DNA of 64,000 bases from IMG/VR virus record IMGVR_UViG_3300043436_004480, positions 29,745 through 93,744 of that record. The stretch is one strand, 5' to 3'. The first letter of the stretch is position 1. Each line of letters starts with the position of its first letter. The DNA is from a virus. Shown here piece after piece: positions 14,533-24,799 of the stretch. Both the position numbers and the translations under genes were made by a program. The notes below the pieces were generated by a model. It was not told the DNA's origin and did not search any database. It saw only the letters and a list, made by a program, of their open reading frames with translations.

Positions 14533-15076
14533 TTTTAAAAGTTCAGAATCAAATTTCTGGGAGTTTAATCCTAGTTTTTCTTATGTTCCTGAGTTTTCAG
14601 CAATAAGAAAACAAGATCTTTCTACTTTGAAGAAAGATTCATCTTATTATATGTGGTTTGCTTGGTTTATGTTTGATCCAGAAAGTCCATATCACTATTT
14701 CCCAGAAAAAGAAAGAATGCAGAGGATTGCTGAATGTGATTTCTTCCGCAAATTTAGATCTGGAGAAGATGATATTATATCAAAAGATGATAAAGATTGG
14801 ATTCCTAGAATATTAGTTGAATATCAGAAGGTAACAATGACTTCTGCACAGCGTTCTTTGTATATGTTTGATGAGCATATAAAAGAACGTGAAGAATACA
14901 TGAGAAGTTTAACTTACTCAGATCCTAATAATGCAAAAGTAAAAGATGATCTTCTTATAAACACAAAGAAAGTTTTAGATTCAAGAAAAGAAATCGAAAA
15001 ACTAGCTTTGTCAGAAATGTCTTCGGTTGAAATAAATAATTCAGAAGCTTCTTTAAGCGATAAAAATGTTATATAA
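14519..15076 (+). CDS. protein upstream of TerL (possible terminase small subunit)
   Basis: Overlaps the TerL start; assignment by synteny only. Confidence 0.55.
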   Translation: MKVNSFKSSESNFWEFNPSFSYVPEFSAIRKQDLSTLKKDSSYYMWFAWFMFDPESPYHYFPEKERMQRIAECDFFRKFRSGEDDIISKDDKDWIPRILVEYQKVTMTSAQRSLYMFDEHIKEREEYMRSLTYSDPNNAKVKDDLLINTKKVLDSRKEIEKLALSEMSSVEINNSEASLSDKNVI

Positions 15077-17225
15077 CCGTTCTAACTTTATTCTTCCTGA
15101 AATACCTTTAATAGATCCGAGAAGTCCAGAATATACAGACTTCTGGAGAGGAGAAAAAAGAAAAGCTATTGAAGGAGTTTGGGCAGGAGGATTTTGGTGT
15201 CCTCCTACTGTATATCATTATGCAAACTTTAGTAATATAGATATTACTCAAGGAAAGATAAGGGTGCAGAAGAGAGCTGAACTCAGAGATTTAGAATGGG
15301 AAAAGGGGAAAGTTCATGCAGTAATGAGAGGATTTTCAGGATTTGAAAACGATCCTGAATTTACTTGTGATATAACTGCAAAAGAATTTGGAGTAGATGC
15401 AAAAGGAAGAAAGTATTTAGAACCTATGGACTATTTAAACCGTTGGTTTAAAACAGACTTAGGAAAAGCTAGATATAATAATCCGAACTTAAATCTTTTA
15501 GATATGGAAGCACGTGGAACAGGAAAATCTTTCTGGGCTGCGAATTTAATATCTCATTACTTTTTGTATGATGGTGCAACAGACTATGATGTGTATTCAC
15601 ATCAAAGAAATATAGGTGAGCAGATGAACTGCGAAATTATAGTTGCTTCTGTTCAAGACACTTTCATTGATGCTTTGCTTTCAAAAGTAGATAAACACTT
15701 AAGTAATTTACCCGGAGGACAAAGTATAAATGGAAGATACCATCCATCACCTTTATCAGTTACATACGCTGGACAATTAGATAGCAAAAATAAATCTGGA
15801 ATTGTAAAAGGAAGAAATGTAAAGAAAGGTGGAGTTTGGGTATTCGAAGGTTCGCAGACTCAAATATTAGTAAGAAACGTAGGTACTAAAAAAGCAGCTT
15901 CTTCTGGTAGTCGTGCAATGTATGTTGCAATTGAAGAGTGCGGACTTGATCCAAGATTAGATGATGTATTTGCAAACTTAAAAGACGTAATTAAAACAGA
16001 TACTGGAAACTTTGGTTCTATACATATGTTTGGAACTGGAGGAGAAGTTGCAGCAGGAAAAAGTCAAGCTGCAAAAAAGATGTTTTCTAAGCCTAGAACG
16101 TATGATTGTTTGTTTTTTACAGACAAGAAAGGAACAGAAATAGGATATACAGTTCCTGCATATAAAAAGTATAATGAATTCAGAGATGATAATGGTATTC
16201 TAGATGAAGCAAAAGCATTAGCTTTCTATAATAAAGAAAGAGAACGAGAAAAAGGAGATACAAAATTATATTATGATTTTATTCAAAACAATCCGTTAGA
16301 ATGGGAAGAGATGTTTCTAATTCCGGGAGGAAATAGATTTCCTACTCAGTTATTAGAACAACAAAGAAGTTATTTAATGACTGCTGCACATCCTAGAGAA
16401 CTAGGAATTTGCGGAGAATTAAGTTCAATTGGTGCAGATGGAAAAGTTACATTTACTCCAGATTTAGAAAACAAACTAAAACCCGCATCTTATCCAGTAG
16501 AAGATAAGAATAATAAAGATGAAGGTTGTGTAGTTATATTTGAATTTCCAGATGAAGATTTAGTTCAGCACGATGGAGTATATATTGCAGGACTAGATCC
16601 ATATGATCACGATGATGCAAGTTCAAGTTCTTCATTAGGTTCTATAATAATATTCAAAAGTTGCAGAGCAAACAAATATAAGAAAGATGCAACATCAGAA
16701 ATCATAGTTGCAGAATATACTGGAAGACCTAAGTCAGCAAATGACTTCTATGAAATTTCGTTAAGACTTTTATGTTTTTATAACGGAAAAGTTCTTTATG
16801 AAAATGAAAAGATAATGGTGAAAGCTTATTATCAGAGAAAAGGTTTTGCACATAGACTTGCAGGAACTCCAAATATATTGAGATCGTCAGTTGATGCTTC
16901 AATAAAAAATAGAAATGGTGTTGGAATCAACATGACTCTCGACATAAAGAAAGAAGCAGAGGAAATGTTAAAAGATTATTTTACAGAATCTGTAATTATG
17001 CAAATTAAGTCCATTCCTATTCTGTCAGAAGCAATAGATTTCAATCTTTCTGGCAACTTTGATAGAATGATTGCTCTAATGTTAGCTATTATTTATAACT
17101 TGCAAATAAAGACTGACGATGGTGATGAAACTCAGGCAGTTAATAATGACTTAATGGATTATCTTAGAAAAAAGACAGAGCATATGCGAACAAGACCGAA
17201 TCTAAGAAATCTAATCCAGAGATAA
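15066..17225 (+). CDS. terL: terminase large subunit
   Basis: Walker A ARGTGKS, Walker B VAIEECG, FGTGG coupling motif, nuclease GLDPY and NFDRMIALMLA. Confidence 0.93.
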   Translation: MLYNRSNFILPEIPLIDPRSPEYTDFWRGEKRKAIEGVWAGGFWCPPTVYHYANFSNIDITQGKIRVQKRAELRDLEWEKGKVHAVMRGFSGFENDPEFTCDITAKEFGVDAKGRKYLEPMDYLNRWFKTDLGKARYNNPNLNLLDMEARGTGKSFWAANLISHYFLYDGATDYDVYSHQRNIGEQMNCEIIVASVQDTFIDALLSKVDKHLSNLPGGQSINGRYHPSPLSVTYAGQLDSKNKSGIVKGRNVKKGGVWVFEGSQTQILVRNVGTKKAASSGSRAMYVAIEECGLDPRLDDVFANLKDVIKTDTGNFGSIHMFGTGGEVAAGKSQAAKKMFSKPRTYDCLFFTDKKGTEIGYTVPAYKKYNEFRDDNGILDEAKALAFYNKEREREKGDTKLYYDFIQNNPLEWEEMFLIPGGNRFPTQLLEQQRSYLMTAAHPRELGICGELSSIGADGKVTFTPDLENKLKPASYPVEDKNNKDEGCVVIFEFPDEDLVQHDGVYIAGLDPYDHDDASSSSSLGSIIIFKSCRANKYKKDATSEIIVAEYTGRPKSANDFYEISLRLLCFYNGKVLYENEKIMVKAYYQRKGFAHRLAGTPNILRSSVDASIKNRNGVGINMTLDIKKEAEEMLKDYFTESVIMQIKSIPILSEAIDFNLSGNFDRMIALMLAIIYNLQIKTDDGDETQAVNNDLMDYLRKKTEHMRTRPNLRNLIQR

Positions 17226-17231
17226 CGAACA

Positions 17232-19628
17232 ATGAATACTAACAAGATACTTTTCCAGACTGCTGCCGTAGGATTTCCTCCGCAGAAAATTGCCAGTTCC
17301 AAAAAAGGAAAAGAGTGGCAAAGACAATGTATGGATGCCATAATTGGAAAAGCTGCATTGTTAAACCAACAAGGAGGAAGAAGAACAGATAGAAACTCAA
17401 AGATTAGAAATTATAATCTTTTGAATTCAATCTTAGATCCAAATGATTTTCAGTCAGTAGTTAGTTCATTAGGTTATACAGAAGATACACTTGCAAACGA
17501 TCCCGCAAAACTGAGACCGTTTAATATGTTTTATCCAATACATCAACAGTTAATAGGAGAAGATTTAAAAAGACCTTTTCCTTTTACTGTATATGCTAGT
17601 GGTGGATCTATTGTGGAAGAAAAAGACAGAATGAAAAAAGAAGCAGTAGTTACTGAACTTCTAAAAGGATTCCGTCAAAAAGTAAAAAGAACTGCAAATC
17701 CAGATGTTGAAGAAGAAGAAGTTAATCTTGATCAAGTTGTAAAAGATTACGGAAGTTCTTATTATCACAAGAAAGAAGTATTAGCAAATAAGTATTTGAA
17801 AAGTCTGTACAAGACTTGTGAATTAGATATAACTTTTAGAGATGGTTTAAGTCACGCAATTATAGTTGCAGAAGAACTTTACAAAGTTACAAAAGTAAAC
17901 GGACAACCATCAGTAAGAGTAGTTGATCCTTTGCAGATCGAATTTGACTTACCTACTGGATCTTCAAAACTTGAGGATGCATATTGGGTAAGAGAAGAAA
18001 GACAGATGACTCTTGCAGAAGTAATTGATGAATTTGCAGAAGACTTAACAGATGAGCAGATTTCCGAATTAGAAGAGTTAGGCGGAAACCACATGCAAGG
18101 TTATTCACCAACTACTGATTTTCCGGGAGTAATATCGAATGATATAGATATACGTAATACAGAAAGGTATGGTTCTGCACAAGGAAGAAGTGTAGGAACC
18201 ATAACAACTTTTGATGTGCATAATGTATGTTGGAAATCATTCAAGAAAACTCCTTATTTAGAAGGAATAGATGATTCAGGAATTCCATTTAAAGTTCTTG
18301 TAGAAGAAAACAGAAAACTTACTTCTGAAGAAAAGAAAAAAGGTTACAAGATAAATGTACTTTGGATAACTGAAGTTTGGGAAGGTGTAAAGATTGGCTA
18401 CTTGCATTTGAAAGCAAATCCAACAGAAGTTAGATATGCTTCAATGAGCAATCCGAAAGCTGCAAAACTTCCTTACGTTGGTACAGTATATAATGCACTC
18501 AATTCTCTAGCAACTTCTATTATAGATTTAATAAGACCTTTAAATTATTTGAAGATCATTATTATTTATAGATTAGAAAGAGAACTAGCAAAAGCAAAAG
18601 GTAAAAAGATAGTAATAGATAAAGCAAAAATTCCGGGAGATATGTCTTGGGATGAATGGTTCTATTACTTAAATGAACAAGATGTAGAAATCATAGATAC
18701 ATCGAAGATTGGTTCTGGCTCTCCTAATCTTGCATACAATACTTATAAAGATCACGATTTGACTATTTCGTCAAACGCAACTCAATACTTAGGTATTATA
18801 CAATATATAGATAACGAAATTTTCAGAATTACTGGGATGAGTAGTGCTAGAATGGGAACTCCAACACAAGATGGACTTGGAGTAAACCAAATGGCAATGA
18901 CTCAATCTTATGCAATTACCGAAAATCTTTTTTATCAGCATAATGATGTAAAGAAAAGAGTTCTTTCACATTTATTGCTTTTGGCGAAATACTGTTATGC
19001 AGATACAGAAAATGTAAAGTATCAGCAAATGAATGGCGACCTTCTGACGGAAATTATAGAAATGGATGGTGGAATATTTGCTGATTCTGATTTCGATATA
19101 TTTGTTATGAATAGTATCAAAGAAAATAAGATCTTTGCAACTATTGAAGCACTTGCTACTACTGCAATGCAGCAACAAAGTATAACTATGACAGAATTTG
19201 TCAAAGCATTAAAATCTGAATCATCTGCCGAAATGGAAGCTGTATTAGGAAAAGCAGAAGAAAGAAAACAACAACAACAAGAGGCATTCCAACAACAAAG
19301 TCTGCAAGTTCAACAAGAGAAAAACGAAATTGAAAAACAGAGAATGGAAATCGAACGTCAAGAAAAACAACTTGACAGAGAAAACCAAGTTCTAATTGCA
19401 GAAATAAAATCAGGTAGCGACATACAAAGAACTATGTTAGGCCTAAATGATAATGCAGAAAATCAAGCAAACAGAACATTTGCATTAGATGCTGCAAAAA
19501 GTCAAACAGAAAATCGTAAAGTAGATGTCGAAGCTGCATTGAAGATTGCAGAACTGAAAACTAAAGTTTACGATGCAGATACCAAACTCAAAATAGCAAA
19601 AGAAAATAAACTACCCGGAGAAAAATAA
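17232..19628 (+). CDS. portal protein (crAss-like)
   Basis: 798 aa directly after TerL; FPPQK N-terminus, WITEVWEGVKIG, LPYVG, C-terminal Q-rich coiled coil. Confidence 0.88.
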   Translation: MNTNKILFQTAAVGFPPQKIASSKKGKEWQRQCMDAIIGKAALLNQQGGRRTDRNSKIRNYNLLNSILDPNDFQSVVSSLGYTEDTLANDPAKLRPFNMFYPIHQQLIGEDLKRPFPFTVYASGGSIVEEKDRMKKEAVVTELLKGFRQKVKRTANPDVEEEEVNLDQVVKDYGSSYYHKKEVLANKYLKSLYKTCELDITFRDGLSHAIIVAEELYKVTKVNGQPSVRVVDPLQIEFDLPTGSSKLEDAYWVREERQMTLAEVIDEFAEDLTDEQISELEELGGNHMQGYSPTTDFPGVISNDIDIRNTERYGSAQGRSVGTITTFDVHNVCWKSFKKTPYLEGIDDSGIPFKVLVEENRKLTSEEKKKGYKINVLWITEVWEGVKIGYLHLKANPTEVRYASMSNPKAAKLPYVGTVYNALNSLATSIIDLIRPLNYLKIIIIYRLERELAKAKGKKIVIDKAKIPGDMSWDEWFYYLNEQDVEIIDTSKIGSGSPNLAYNTYKDHDLTISSNATQYLGIIQYIDNEIFRITGMSSARMGTPTQDGLGVNQMAMTQSYAITENLFYQHNDVKKRVLSHLLLLAKYCYADTENVKYQQMNGDLLTEIIEMDGGIFADSDFDIFVMNSIKENKIFATIEALATTAMQQQSITMTEFVKALKSESSAEMEAVLGKAEERKQQQQEAFQQQSLQVQQEKNEIEKQRMEIERQEKQLDRENQVLIAEIKSGSDIQRTMLGLNDNAENQANRTFALDAAKSQTENRKVDVEAALKIAELKTKVYDADTKLKIAKENKLPGEK

Positions 19629-20500
19629 TGAGAACAAGATCAAAAATTAATTCTGACGGTTCAGTTACAGAACGTAGCAATCTGTCAGATCTTAATAAAT
19701 ACCCAGACGGTACTAAAAAGGTAAAAGCACCTAGTACAGAAACGAGAGGTGATAAGACTGCAACGGCAATGCCTGCAAAGAGAAAGGCAATGACTAATGA
19801 AGAAGAAATAAGAAGCACAAGAGGTACACAAATGGAGCGTGGTTCTTATTATGATAATAAGGATAAAAATCAGTTTGAAGGAGATGTTTATCAAGCACAA
19901 GACAAAGCAAGGGATATAAAAAAGGCACAACAAAACCAAAGGGATAAAGCCCTTGAAAGAGCAGTATCTGGCAAATTTGAAAAAGGTACTTCTGGTGTTT
20001 CTAATTCCAAAAAATCTCTTGCAGAAAGATATGCAGAAAACAAAGGCGGATATGCAAGAGCATTACAATCTGGAAAAGTTGTAGAGAAAAACGGAAAGAA
20101 AGTTGTAACAGATCCAGATACAGGTCTGGAATATGAATACAAAGGGAATCCGGAAAAAACTTCTGAATCTACAAAACAAGGATTGTCTAAAATAAACAAT
20201 CAGATTGATGGAGATAATTCTGCAAAGAGAAGAATGCCAAAAGCAATGAATTTAATGCCACAATCTGACAAAGTTAATATTCCTATGTCAAATCCTAAAT
20301 CAGGAAATTTAGGAACTCCAAAGACTTCTTCTATGTACGATAACGAAGCTGTCAGAAAGGCAACCGGCAGAACAGGTCAAATAAGTAACCGAGACAGAAT
20401 AAACGCAGCTAAAGGTAATAATACTTCTAGCACATCTACACCGGTGACTGCTTTTTCAAAAAGGGAAGAAGAATTCCAGAGAAAATTAAGAAATAAATAA
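19628..20500 (+). CDS. basic low-complexity protein with cargo-type [YF]xxG[GT] motifs
   Basis: KYPDGTKKVK and KFEKGTSGVS are shared with, or closely match, 32302..36039. Confidence 0.7.
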   Translation: MRTRSKINSDGSVTERSNLSDLNKYPDGTKKVKAPSTETRGDKTATAMPAKRKAMTNEEEIRSTRGTQMERGSYYDNKDKNQFEGDVYQAQDKARDIKKAQQNQRDKALERAVSGKFEKGTSGVSNSKKSLAERYAENKGGYARALQSGKVVEKNGKKVVTDPDTGLEYEYKGNPEKTSESTKQGLSKINNQIDGDNSAKRRMPKAMNLMPQSDKVNIPMSNPKSGNLGTPKTSSMYDNEAVRKATGRTGQISNRDRINAAKGNNTSSTSTPVTAFSKREEEFQRKLRNK

Positions 20501-20525
20501 TTTCGTAACCAATCTTTAAATTAAT

Positions 20526-21572
20526 ATGTCAACAAAAGCAAGTGAAATCGAAGAAACCTTTGAAGATACAAATGACTTCATTGGAAATTTAGTATCGCAA
20601 GATACTTCTGCCCAGACAGATTTGAATTCAGGAGATAATGATCCTGATGAAGATGATGATGATGCAGATGATGATTCTGGAACTCAGATTGCAGATGATT
20701 CTGCAACTAGTCAATCATCTCAGCAAACCGCACCTGCAAATAAATCAGTAGAAGAAATTCTAGATGTATTTACAGAACATCTATTTATTCCAGCAGAAGG
20801 AGTAGATGTAACAAACAAAGAAGAAGTTTCAAAACTATTAGATTATCATAACACTACTGTTATTGATACTTTTATAGATCAGACAAAAGAAAATCTATCT
20901 GAAAAAGAAGTTATGCTTTTAGAAGCACTTACTTCTGGAATTCCTTTGTCAGAAATTGATTTTGATTTTCAGGCTGTTGATTATTCACAAGTGGATGAAA
21001 CAGACGAAGAAAATCAAAGAAACTTGTTATTTGATTACTATGTTAATGTTAATAATATGGACGAAGAAGATGTAGAAATTTTAATTTCTTCTCTTAATCC
21101 TGAAACATTAGCTAGCAGAGCAAGAGTAGCAAAGGAAAAACTTTCCGATTTTCAACTTTTGGAAATTCAGAATGCAAAGGAACTGCACGAAAGGAGACTC
21201 GAAGAACAAGAAATTATCGAGAGACAACAACTTGCAGATTTTAAGAGTAAAATTTTGAGTATAGACTCAGTAGCAGGAATGAATTTATCAAACGAAGATA
21301 AACTTGCTATATATGATTACTATACTTTGCCAGTAAAAAATGGAAAAACTCAAAATGAGTTAGACCAGACAAGTATTGATAATGTTGCTTTGCGAGCAAT
21401 AATGAACATAAAGAATATTTCTTTAGATAAATTGAGCAGACAGGCAGAAACAAAAGTTGTAAATAGACTTTTAAGAGTTGGTTCATCAGAACAAAATACA
21501 GGTGGCAGAACTGTTCAGGGAAAATCTGGAATTGCTACTACGCAAAATACTACCTTTGCTTATGACCTATAA
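20526..21572 (+). CDS. acidic putative scaffolding protein
   Basis: Very D/E-rich; directly upstream of the major capsid gene as in crAss-like phages. Confidence 0.7.
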   Translation: MSTKASEIEETFEDTNDFIGNLVSQDTSAQTDLNSGDNDPDEDDDDADDDSGTQIADDSATSQSSQQTAPANKSVEEILDVFTEHLFIPAEGVDVTNKEEVSKLLDYHNTTVIDTFIDQTKENLSEKEVMLLEALTSGIPLSEIDFDFQAVDYSQVDETDEENQRNLLFDYYVNVNNMDEEDVEILISSLNPETLASRARVAKEKLSDFQLLEIQNAKELHERRLEEQEIIERQQLADFKSKILSIDSVAGMNLSNEDKLAIYDYYTLPVKNGKTQNELDQTSIDNVALRAIMNIKNISLDKLSRQAETKVVNRLLRVGSSEQNTGGRTVQGKSGIATTQNTTFAYDL

Positions 21573-21594
21573 TAATAACAATAATATATAAACC

Positions 21595-23115
21595 ATGCCA
21601 GCAGAAGCACAATTTAATGCAGGAAGGTTATCTAACTTACAGGTAACCACTCAAGAAGCACTTGTAGGAAATCTTTCTACAAGCGATCACTTAGAACGAA
21701 TGTTCGCAACAGAACGCCATAAACTAGGAAGATTTTTATCTTACGAACTTGGTGGTAGGAATGTAAAAAATGGAAAATTCTTAATGCAGTTCTTGACTGG
21801 CGGTTTAGGAAATGAAATTTTTACAGAAAGCGAAGAATTCAGTTGGGATTTAATTCTCCCTCAGATTTATTACGGTGAAGTAATAAAAGATGCAACAGAA
21901 GTTGAACCGAACAACGAATTCGTTGGTAGGTATCATACTGTATTTAGGGTTGTAATGAAAGATAAAGTCTTTAACCAAAGAGATATTATCTATTCAGATA
22001 AAAACATTGACATCACCTGTCAAGTTTGTGCAGAACCAGTTCCGTATTCAGCAGGTGGTTGGATGTATTCATTGGTAATTTCAAATGCAGACAAAGATTT
22101 GTATTTGACCAAAGATGCAATTAGTACTGGTGCTAAATGGAGCAGAGACTTTACAGCAGTTGAAGAACTGTCAACTAAAGTTGAAAGTGGTAGAGCGCAT
22201 ACATCAGCAATGTTTGTAAACAATCTTACCACAATCAGAACAGGTTATTCAGTTTCTGCAAAGTTAGCAATGCAGAAGATGATAATTGAAATTCCAGATT
22301 CAGAAGGTAAGTTCCACAAAAAATGGATCAACTATGCTGACTGGCAGAACATGATTGATTTCCAAAATGATTTTGAAAATCTATTGTTCTACGGAAATCC
22401 ATCATTTGACCAAAATGGTTTGAGCCACTTAAAAGGTAAAAACGGAAAAGTAATTAAAATTGGTGCTGGGGTTCGTTCTCAGATTTCCGATTCAATGAAG
22501 CATTTCTACAAAGGTTCATTTACTTATGATTTCTGGGATGAAATCCTATTGGATATGTCATACCAAGTACAAAGAAATGGTGGAAATCATAACTTTGTTG
22601 CATTCACAGGTAAAATGGGTATGCGTAAGATTACCGAAATGGTAAATAAGAAATGGAAAGGAATGGTTACTCCGAATTTCATTAGTAATGATGCACGTTT
22701 CTTGGATGGAAAAGGTCAAGAAATGCAATTCTTAGGAATGGAATTCCAAACAATTCATTTCCCGAACGGAATTAAGTTAACCGTAAAAGAACTTCCTGCA
22801 TACGATGAAATGTCAGGTCGTGGTTTAACAAGAGATCCGTTAACAAACAAACCAATTGAATCTTCAAGATTTACATTGATGAATTTTGGTACAGCAGATT
22901 CAAGTGGTACTAAGAATATCAGAAAAGTCACCAGAAAAAGTTCAGAAAGAATGTGGTACACAGGTGGTTCAATTGATCCAATGGGTATTGTTTCAAATTC
23001 TAAATCGAAAATGGGAAGTACTGATATTGATGGTTACGAATTGCACAGGATTACAGAAGGCGGTGTAATTATTACCGATCCTACTCAATGTTGTGAAATT
23101 ATCATGAAAGCATAA
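21595..23115 (+). CDS. major capsid protein (crAss-like)
   Basis: 506 aa; NNLTTIR, KIGAGVRSQI, FTGKMGM, TDIDGYELH...GVIITDPT; synteny; strong terminator downstream. Confidence 0.9.
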   Translation: MPAEAQFNAGRLSNLQVTTQEALVGNLSTSDHLERMFATERHKLGRFLSYELGGRNVKNGKFLMQFLTGGLGNEIFTESEEFSWDLILPQIYYGEVIKDATEVEPNNEFVGRYHTVFRVVMKDKVFNQRDIIYSDKNIDITCQVCAEPVPYSAGGWMYSLVISNADKDLYLTKDAISTGAKWSRDFTAVEELSTKVESGRAHTSAMFVNNLTTIRTGYSVSAKLAMQKMIIEIPDSEGKFHKKWINYADWQNMIDFQNDFENLLFYGNPSFDQNGLSHLKGKNGKVIKIGAGVRSQISDSMKHFYKGSFTYDFWDEILLDMSYQVQRNGGNHNFVAFTGKMGMRKITEMVNKKWKGMVTPNFISNDARFLDGKGQEMQFLGMEFQTIHFPNGIKLTVKELPAYDEMSGRGLTRDPLTNKPIESSRFTLMNFGTADSSGTKNIRKVTRKSSERMWYTGGSIDPMGIVSNSKSKMGSTDIDGYELHRITEGGVIITDPTQCCEIIMKA

Positions 23116-23137
23116 CAAAAAATATCATTATATTTGT

Positions 23138-23164
23138 GGGAGAAGAGCAATCTTCTCCCTTTTT
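23138..23164 (+). terminator. intrinsic terminator after the major capsid gene
   Basis: GGGAGAAGA-GCAA-TCTTCTCCC-TTTTT. Confidence 0.85.
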
Positions 23165-23181
23165 ACTTAATCTAAACATCC

Positions 23182-24069
23182 ATGAGTATCAAAACTTTAG
23201 TACCAATTAAAGCAACTAATTCTTTTCTTGGTTTGCAGACAGATCCTGCATTGAAAAATTTAACAAGACTTCCAGAAGCAGGAACCAGACTAGGACTTGC
23301 AGAAGATGATTACGGAAATGTAATTACTGGGATTCCTGAAAGCGAAAGAGCAGAGTTAGAAAAAGAATTAGGATTAAAATCTGGTCAACTTTCTACAAGT
23401 TCTGAATTCTGGAGAACTTCTCCTGCATTCAAAGCAGGTATTACGATTCCAGCAGAAGGTTTAACTTTAGATCTAGGTAAAGCAGAGGATAAAGTTAAAT
23501 GGTACTTGATGCAGACGTATGACATTTTGCAGACTGGAGCAATCAGAAAAGCAAGTCATGAATTTTATGTAAAAGATGAAGAACAAGAACTAAAAGTTTC
23601 TTCTGAAAAGCTTACTAAGAAGAAATTCTTGTACGGTTTGTATGTAAACTGGAATTTAAAAGACAAACGTGACTTCTTGTATGCATCTGGAGTAAAACAT
23701 TTAGGTCTTTCTGAATTGAAGATTGATGATTTGGTTTCTACTAGAATTGAAGATAAGACCGCAGAATCTTATGAATTGTTAAAAGATCCAAGATACAATA
23801 AAATTGTAATGTTGGAAAAACTTTTAACTACTTCTGTAATTACATATTCTCCTCAATTAATGAGATATGAATTCCAAGATGAAGCATTAGCAGAAACAAA
23901 AGATGGACTATTAGCACTACTTGCCAGACAGGATGAAAAAACTGGTGCATTAGTTCAAAGAATTAGACTTGTCTATGCAGACAGATTGAAATCTAATGAA
24001 TATGTAGATTTAGCATCTGAAACTGATTTGACACCGGCAAAAGAAGCTCCCGCAAAAGCAGATAAATAA
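23182..24069 (+). CDS. structural-module protein following the major capsid gene
   Basis: Synteny; 295-aa ORF. Confidence 0.65.
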   Translation: MSIKTLVPIKATNSFLGLQTDPALKNLTRLPEAGTRLGLAEDDYGNVITGIPESERAELEKELGLKSGQLSTSSEFWRTSPAFKAGITIPAEGLTLDLGKAEDKVKWYLMQTYDILQTGAIRKASHEFYVKDEEQELKVSSEKLTKKKFLYGLYVNWNLKDKRDFLYASGVKHLGLSELKIDDLVSTRIEDKTAESYELLKDPRYNKIVMLEKLLTTSVITYSPQLMRYEFQDEALAETKDGLLALLARQDEKTGALVQRIRLVYADRLKSNEYVDLASETDLTPAKEAPAKADK

Positions 24070-24797
24070 TGACAGCCTTAGAATTTCACGAACTCTTTAG
24101 ACTTCGTATTGACAGAATGGATGGATCTTATCTCCCTGATATATTAGCAGAGGAGATAGATTCATTTCTAAATGTTGCACAACTGCAAATTCTGAAAACG
24201 AAGTATGGAATAAATAATATTTACCAGAAAGGATTTCAAGAAATTCAGAAGAGAACAGACGATCTGAATCCAATAACTGGGACTTTTTACTTATTCCCAG
24301 AAAAAGCAAAAGATAGATTGGAGAGGACGGAACTTAAATTCGACTTCTCCAAACTTCTATTGCCAACAGAACAAGCAGATTCATATTTAGAATCTTACTT
24401 TGTAGATAGCAATAAAGAATACTTAATATTCTTACGTGCAGAAGCAAGAACAAAAGTTGATAAATGTGATTACAATTGGCAAAAAGTAAATATTGTGCAA
24501 ATTGATGATCTGAATCATTTGCTAAAAGATCCGCACAATCGTCCTACTGCTGAATATCCAGTAGCTTACTTTGTCGAAAATCGAATTGTGATGCCCATTA
24601 CAAATTTCGAAATAGAAGTGCTAAAGATAAACTGTATCTTTAAACCAGATAAAATAAGTCTAGCAGAAGATAAAACTACAAATTTACCTGAATTAGTTCA
24701 CGATGAAATTGTAGAAAGAGCAATAACTCTAGCATTAGAATCTATTGGACATCCGAGAATTCAAATACAACCACAAATATCACAGAAAACTGAATAA
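24069..24797 (+). CDS. tail ring / head-tail adaptor protein
   Basis: EEIDSFLNVAQ, KRTDDL and LPELVHDEIVERA motifs typical of crAss-like ring proteins. Confidence 0.75.
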   Translation: MTALEFHELFRLRIDRMDGSYLPDILAEEIDSFLNVAQLQILKTKYGINNIYQKGFQEIQKRTDDLNPITGTFYLFPEKAKDRLERTELKFDFSKLLLPTEQADSYLESYFVDSNKEYLIFLRAEARTKVDKCDYNWQKVNIVQIDDLNHLLKDPHNRPTAEYPVAYFVENRIVMPITNFEIEVLKINCIFKPDKISLAEDKTTNLPELVHDEIVERAITLALESIGHPRIQIQPQISQKTE

Positions 24798-24799
24798 TT

